Below, piece after piece: positions 60,401 to 64,000 of a DNA stretch of 64,000 nt. Source of the DNA: Oscillospiraceae bacterium (lineage in GTDB: Bacteria; Bacillota; Clostridia; Oscillospirales; CAG-382). A program made the position numbers and the translations under genes. A model generated the notes under the pieces. The model was not told the DNA's origin and did no database searches. It saw nothing but the letters and a program-made list of their open reading frames with translations. Every line of letters begins with the position of its first letter. Within the stretch, counting starts at the first letter, position 1. Where the stretch lies: the NCBI GenBank assembly GCA_015063785.1, contig SVTM01000010.1, positions 9,728 to 73,727 on the forward strand. Direction: 5' to 3'.

Positions 60401-63400
60401 ATGTCGACCTTCACGTCTTCAAGTTCGCTTTCGTGGAACGATTCAACGGTGTATGTGCCTTCGGGAAGGGTGAGAGCGGATTCGTACGAGAAGTAAACAG
60501 CACCCGTTTCTTCGTTAACTGCTTTTGCAACGATATCATCGCCCTTTACATAGTAAGTACCTGTTTTGCCGGAGGGCGCAAGGAAGAGTTCGTCGCCCTT
60601 AACCTTGATGTTCCAGATGCCACCCGATATTCCAACGTTTGCAGGAAGGGGCATATCAAAGATGGAGTTGTCTTCGTTTGCCACGATCTCAAAGCCGTTG
60701 CCGATGGTCACAGAACCGCCTGTTGTATCCATCTGGCGAACTGTGCCGCCGTTCATAAACAGCGAAAGTCCGTCTGCGAAGGAAGAAATGTTAGAGCCCC
60801 AGTAGATACCGGTGTTGATATCGGGATCTGCAAGGTCAACTGTTACGTGGTTTGTATATGCTGCCGAGCCCGAGCCTGCAAAGTGCACGCCGTATTGGCC
60901 TTCGGTGTCATAGGGAGAGTTGATGGTGAGAACACCGCCGAGTCCTTCGGCACCGCTGAGCATAAATTTGGGATGGTTCGAAACAAGTTCGCCCTTGTAA
61001 GCACCTTGGTTGGAATGCTTGTCGGTCTTCAGGTTGTAGAATACGCAATCATTAAAGGTTATGTCATAACCGTTGATAAAGAATTCTCTGTCCCAAAGTC
61101 TTGTGTTGATAAAGTTGATGTTGTTAAATGTTGCATCGCCGTGGAAGGTGATGTTTGTGTCCTGACCGTAAATTGGCATAAACATGATGTGTGTGTTTTT
61201 GCCTGTCAGTTCATAGTCGTATGCCTTGAAGTTCAGCTGACATTTCCAACCTGCAGTGTCGCCGTAACCGTTGCGCCATGTTGTTGCTCTTGTGTATACA
61301 TCTTTGTTGTAGAAGCTTACGCCGATAACACTGTTGCCAAACTTGTCGTACTTGTAAGGCTCGTCGCAAGCGTCCATGATAAATACCGTAACTTCATCGT
61401 CAGCATCATAGCCTGCAGCGTTGATAACACTGATAACCTCTGCAACAGATCCGACAGGGGAGTTGGGCGAAAGACCGTCGCCTGTACCGCCGTTCATAAC
61501 GAAGTATGCGGGTTCGCCGTTGCCTTCGTATTCAATGATTGCCGAAAGAACGCCGTCAACCGAGCGGTCCCAGCCGCCAAGCTTGTAAGCATCGGGAATA
61601 ACGGGTTCTTTTGCGTTTGCGATGATGGCGTCAACATCTGCCGCGGTGTATACGGTGTATACGCCGGGTGTAAGAGAAAGAGAATCTTCGCCATAATAGA
61701 TCTTTCTGCCGTCTGCCGACTGAACGTATGCCATACCGTCACATTCAACAGCAAATACGCCCTTTTCGCTTGTCAGCGAAACTGTTACTCCGTCACCTGC
61801 CGTAATGTCATAAGTGGGGCAGGAAATTGCAGGAGCTGCCGGAAGAGTAGCGCCGTTGTTTCTGATAACAGAAAGAGTACCGGAAATAACAGGAGTGTTG
61901 TTGTTAGTGAATTTTTCAACTGTTGTTCCATCAAGAATAATATTCACGTCTCCCTTAAATGTCTGGGGGAAGCCTTCTTTGTTTTTGTCGATGTAGATAG
62001 CAGGAAGCGAACCGCCTGTGATCTCAAGAGTGATGCTACCGTTGGCGGTGGTTGTGATCTGGTTGCCGTCGGCATAACCGGAAATACCAAGATCTCCAAT
62101 ATAACCTGTTGCCTTGGCATCAAGTTTGATGGTGCTGTCTATATTCGAGAAGGTACCTGCCGAACGGTTGCCGCCGATATAGAAATGACCGTACCAGGGA
62201 GTGAAAACGTGACCCTTAGATGTGGGAATGTAGTAGATGTCGGTGTCCTTGAATTCAACAGAGTGGTAGTTGCAGTTGATGTCCCATGTGTAGTTGTCGC
62301 CTCTGTTGTCGATGATATTGATGTTGTCAAATATCGTAGGACCGTTTATCGAAAGATGCGAACCTGCAGGCCATGTGGATGCAAAGTGATTTGTGAAAGT
62401 AACGTAGGATTTTTCGTTTTCGTCGATACTTGTGAATCTGATGGTTGCATCGTGGGCAGGAACAGAGTTGAGGGGAAGGAAAACAGAATCAGCCGCGCTG
62501 TCCCATTTTCCGTCTGTGGGCTGGTTTGCGTGAGGAATTACCTTAACGGTAACCTCGTCGCCCTTGCCGTAAAGCGAGTTGATCGTCTTGACAAGTGCAA
62601 CAAGATCGCCGGCAGGCGCATCTTCAAATACGCCGCTTCCGGTTGCGCCGAACTGAGCGTAGAATACGGTGGGAGCTTCCGCGCTGCCGTCACCGTACTG
62701 AGCAGTGATCTTGCCCTTGCCGTCGTCGATCCATGCGGTGAACTCATTGCCGAAGATGTCGCTCGCAGGGGGTGTAACCGTTGCCTTTGCAGCCTCAAGG
62801 TCAGCTGCAGCATAAACGGTGTATTTGCCCTTGCCGACTGTAAGCTTTCCGTTTACTGAATAATAAATTGTGGTGTTGTCTTCAGATACTGCATAAGCTA
62901 TTGCATTGCCTGCATCTACAGCAAAAGTACCTGCGGTATCTGTGATGTCAAGGCTGATATCAGAGCTTCCTGCAATAACGTTGTATACGGGAGTCTCCGC
63001 ATCCTTTGCGGTTGAGGTGTAGCCCTTGATAACGGGCGATTCGGGAAGGGTTGCGCCGTAGTTCTGAACTATCTGGATCGCGCCCTGTACTACGGGTACA
63101 GATGCAGTACCAACATTGGATACGGTAACACCTTCACCAAGGATGATGTTCAGGTTTTTGCCAATGGATTCTGTTGCAGAGGCGTTAGAACCTGTAACGT
63201 AAAGGTTGGGCAGAGTTCCCGAACCGATCTCAAGAGTAACGCTTCCTGTGGTACCCTGAACTGTTATGTCATCGTTGTAACCCATAACGTTCACGTATCC
63301 GCCGATAACGTCGGCGTTGTCAAGGTAAACGTACTGGTCGAGGTCAACAGTTTTTCTGCCTCGGATCATACCCATTGCAAAGTGGGTGGACGAGGGATAG

Positions 63401-64000
63401 AAAACGTTGCAGCTTGTGTCGAGGTCGCCGAATTTAACGTTTCTGAACTCAACAGGGTAGTGGTTGAGGTAAATATCGGTACCGCCTGCGTTGGCAAATC
63501 TCATATCAACGATGTTGATATCTTCGAAAATCGAAGGACCCTTAACAACCAAATGTGTGCTGTAAGAATTCCAGCTAAGGTAACCGGTGTGTCCGATGAT
63601 AGATATAACTTCGTCGGGCTTGTAGGATGTCCACTTGATGGTTGCCTTGTGCTCGGGGGTTGCGCCCTGACCCTGGGGGTCATAACCGAGAAGAATGTTC
63701 GAGTTGATAACTTCCTTCGAAGCTTCTCCGCTGTCAATAACATAAACTGTTACGAGGTCGCCTGTGGTGTGACCATCGTTGTTGATGTTTGTGATGATAG
63801 TGGGGATTGAGCCTGCAGGAGCGTTCTCCGAACGTCCGTCACCCGAACCGCCAAACTTGACATAATAGTTCTGTGCAGACTCAACAGCAACTTCTTCTAT
63901 AATAGCTGTAAGAACACCGTCAACAGAGTCGTCCCAACCCTTGAATTCAAAGCCTTCTGCTACGTCGGGAGTAACAGCTGCTTTTATGGTGTCAAGATCT
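57466..64000 (-). CDS. Giant multi-repeat protein (more than 2170 aa in the window; N-terminus lies beyond the right edge) with a C-terminal calcineurin-like metallophosphoesterase domain
   Basis: The track ORF's M at 63552 is an internal TTG. I translated the same frame to base 64000 without a stop. There are ~400-aa repeats, and the last ~300 aa carry ADTH, GDVMD, GNHE and GHWHNH. Confidence 0.8.
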   Translation of the reverse strand, partial: DLDTIKAAVTPDVAEGFEFKGWDDSVDGVLTAIIEEVAVESAQNYYVKFGGSGDGRSENAPAGSIPTIITNINNDGHTTGDLVTVYVIDSGEASKEVINSNILLGYDPQGQGATPEHKATIKWTSYKPDEVISIIGHTGYLSWNSYSTHLVVKGPSIFEDINIVDMRFANAGGTDIYLNHYPVEFRNVKFGDLDTSCNVFYPSSTHFAMGMIRGRKTVDLDQYVYLDNADVIGGYVNVMGYNDDITVQGTTGSVTLEIGSGTLPNLYVTGSNASATESIGKNLNIILGEGVTVSNVGTASVPVVQGAIQIVQNYGATLPESPVIKGYTSTAKDAETPVYNVIAGSSDISLDITDTAGTFAVDAGNAIAYAVSEDNTTIYYSVNGKLTVGKGKYTVYAAADLEAAKATVTPPASDIFGNEFTAWIDDGKGKITAQYGDGSAEAPTVFYAQFGATGSGVFEDAPAGDLVALVKTINSLYGKGDEVTVKVIPHANQPTDGKWDSAADSVFLPLNSVPAHDATIRFTSIDENEKSYVTFTNHFASTWPAGSHLSINGPTIFDNINIIDNRGDNYTWDINCNYHSVEFKDTDIYYIPTSKGHVFTPWYGHFYIGGNRSAGTFSNIDSTIKLDAKATGYIGDLGISGYADGNQITTTANGSITLEITGGSLPAIYIDKNKEGFPQTFKGDVNIILDGTTVEKFTNNNTPVISGTLSVIRNNGATLPAAPAISCPTYDITAGDGVTVSLTSEKGVFAVECDGMAYVQSADGRKIYYGEDSLSLTPGVYTVYTAADVDAIIANAKEPVIPDAYKLGGWDRSVDGVLSAIIEYEGNGEPAYFVMNGGTGDGLSPNSPVGSVAEVISVINAAGYDADDEVTVFIMDACDEPYKYDKFGNSVIGVSFYNKDVYTRATTWRNGYGDTAGWKCQLNFKAYDYELTGKNTHIMFMPIYGQDTNITFHGDATFNNINFINTRLWDREFFINGYDITFNDCVFYNLKTDKHSNQGAYKGELVSNHPKFMLSGAEGLGGVLTINSPYDTEGQYGVHFAGSGSAAYTNHVTVDLADPDINTGIYWGSNISSFADGLSLFMNGGTVRQMDTTGGSVTIGNGFEIVANEDNSIFDMPLPANVGISGGIWNIKVKGDELFLAPSGKTGTYYVKGDDIVAKAVNEETGAVYFSYESALTLPEGTYTVESFHESELEDVKVDIYFDNEHATGAHYVGYVVHLPVLNNRVEEYFAGWELETMDGSTTHYDGGTTFEIPEGESELYFYSAWEPYDDTVVIYLDQQSGDDENTGSIFDPVKSINKAFALASASDCTTKKVAIIGTYGFGDQESFPAHTAHIILTGDDSGEAVFDINDDCARVNGPLTIENIKLDQSTSAGGKALCAGINELNFGKGLTVDSKFRLRLGDFRTFDGPVKASFLSGNFPSVEVGHFWGYTRGTVDSADILIDGANIATLSFNSNGWLDTQMGVDYTGPVTITVNSGSVGSVIATTSAESSSKYAEFKDTFTMVLNNGCTTNFDDGITAANGVYVLSVAEEEDSYLEITETPGTFKVNGTKTAVATNKANGAQFASEDGFITVSSGQYTVEFTDMLYYTNSGEKIRVYNECTIDLATIHHNEPQDKLFLGWTYEDGTTCDATFEGKPGDVLVAQYVDYNAARDFAIIGAQIRTTGVQGLRFVVEKKNNFFDALPDVSEFGTIVLPTDATWGRDMFIDQPQVAEWKWDSETRLVFTPKSNNGYTPAKVVGEKIYKETDDSVQYTLCITNITEDKYYRFYSVKGYIVYKDYNGLEQVLYTDYYQTNLYRIALAALNAGEASAETFEGIKEYVEVDRKEAYMAENYDKKTLLTGYPTTEDKDPNHAMYQLANGFKVREVEIDTGIGGDEVEIVHFADTHLNYINQKDMEIGETNTLSTYRGRSWLRDGSSVPNINRAMEYASFFDKTVITGDVMDYLSWGCAEVMTKTIIDRSNKVVMALGNHEPAELCQPDMNDLSYKYSLDHTYQVLQSMWKTNDIYYHSEILTNDEGTEKVMIVVLDNQRDAYWGDKQAVPFAADIEKAREKGIPILIFEHNPISTQNPNETAVSWFYEPGDTYGMPCDMTKTFAGSPAHSYADTMKVYNLIVRNPDVVKGVFCGHWHNHMYTEIVAQNEDGSLMTDENGDYVVIPQYVVSANAYGKGNAIKITIK

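Noticed and set aside
57607-62859. Plus-strand ORFs of 412 aa (57607-58845) and 953 aa (59998-62859), and the 142-aa ORF at 63382-63810
   Set aside because: All lie antisense within the giant minus-strand gene, which has a repeat structure and phosphoesterase motifs. Their V/C/G/F-rich products are typical antisense artefacts of a GNN/NNC-biased frame.
1-64000. Mobile elements, prophage, toxin-antitoxin or known defence systems
   Set aside because: I looked for transposase, integrase, recombinase, restriction-modification, Cas, Abi-like and small paired ORFs, and for terminal inverted or direct repeats flanking blocks. I could recognise none by eye. A profile search would be needed to be sure.

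Overview
A 64-kb chromosomal segment that looks like an anaerobic, Clostridia-like Firmicute. The evidence is GGAGG-type ribosome-binding sites, TTGACA-17-TATAAT promoters, hairpin plus T-run terminators, a FabK-type fatty-acid operon, a glycyl radical enzyme, and rubredoxins. I call about 60 protein genes, one tRNA-Val(TAC) and one cobalamin riboswitch. I recognised no rRNA, CRISPR array, transposase, integrase, phage or classical defence genes.

Layout, left to right:
- 1-7.4 kb: nucleoside hydrolase, MBL-fold hydrolase, GNAT, two (alpha/alpha)6 glycosidase-like genes, and glnA.
- 7.4-14.9 kb: histidine phosphatase, glycerate kinase, a PfkB-kinase/GDPD fusion, Zn-ADH, PHP phosphatase, amidohydrolase, and an alpha/beta hydrolase.
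- 15.0-16.4 kb: a lone tRNA-Val next to a very cysteine-rich 408-aa protein.
- 16.5-24.4 kb: acyl-CoA ligase, a VTC-like protein, a HAD/unknown/HldE-like kinase trio, a 2-hydroxyacid dehydrogenase, and prs.
- 24.7-33.7 kb: an oxidoreductase-activase-glycyl radical enzyme operon, a second convergent activase, and a serine hydrolase/oxidoreductase/frameshifted DMT transporter operon.
- 33.7-44.0 kb: pgi and the operon fabH-acpP-fabK-fabD-fabG-fabF-fabZ-accD-accA. A TetR gene and five copies of a CAGCAC-N5-GTGCTG palindrome lie upstream of it.
- 44.1-50.0 kb: a BNR/sialidase-like gene and an AraC-linked sugar-acid cluster.
- 50.0-54.0 kb: a B12 riboswitch driving an ECF transporter with a fused A-A'-S polypeptide.
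- 54.0-57.4 kb: lipoprotein, trxA, Crp/Fnr, ferritin, a small rubredoxin missing from the ORF track, and a flavin-reductase/rubredoxin fusion.
- 57.5-64.0 kb: the 3' 6.5 kb of a giant gene with ~400-aa beta-helix-like repeats and a C-terminal metallophosphoesterase domain.

The most unusual items are the GRE with a non-canonical thiyl loop, the Cys-rich protein, the TetR/palindrome array in front of the fab operon, and the giant repeat protein. All functional calls rest on reading motifs by eye. No database search was run.
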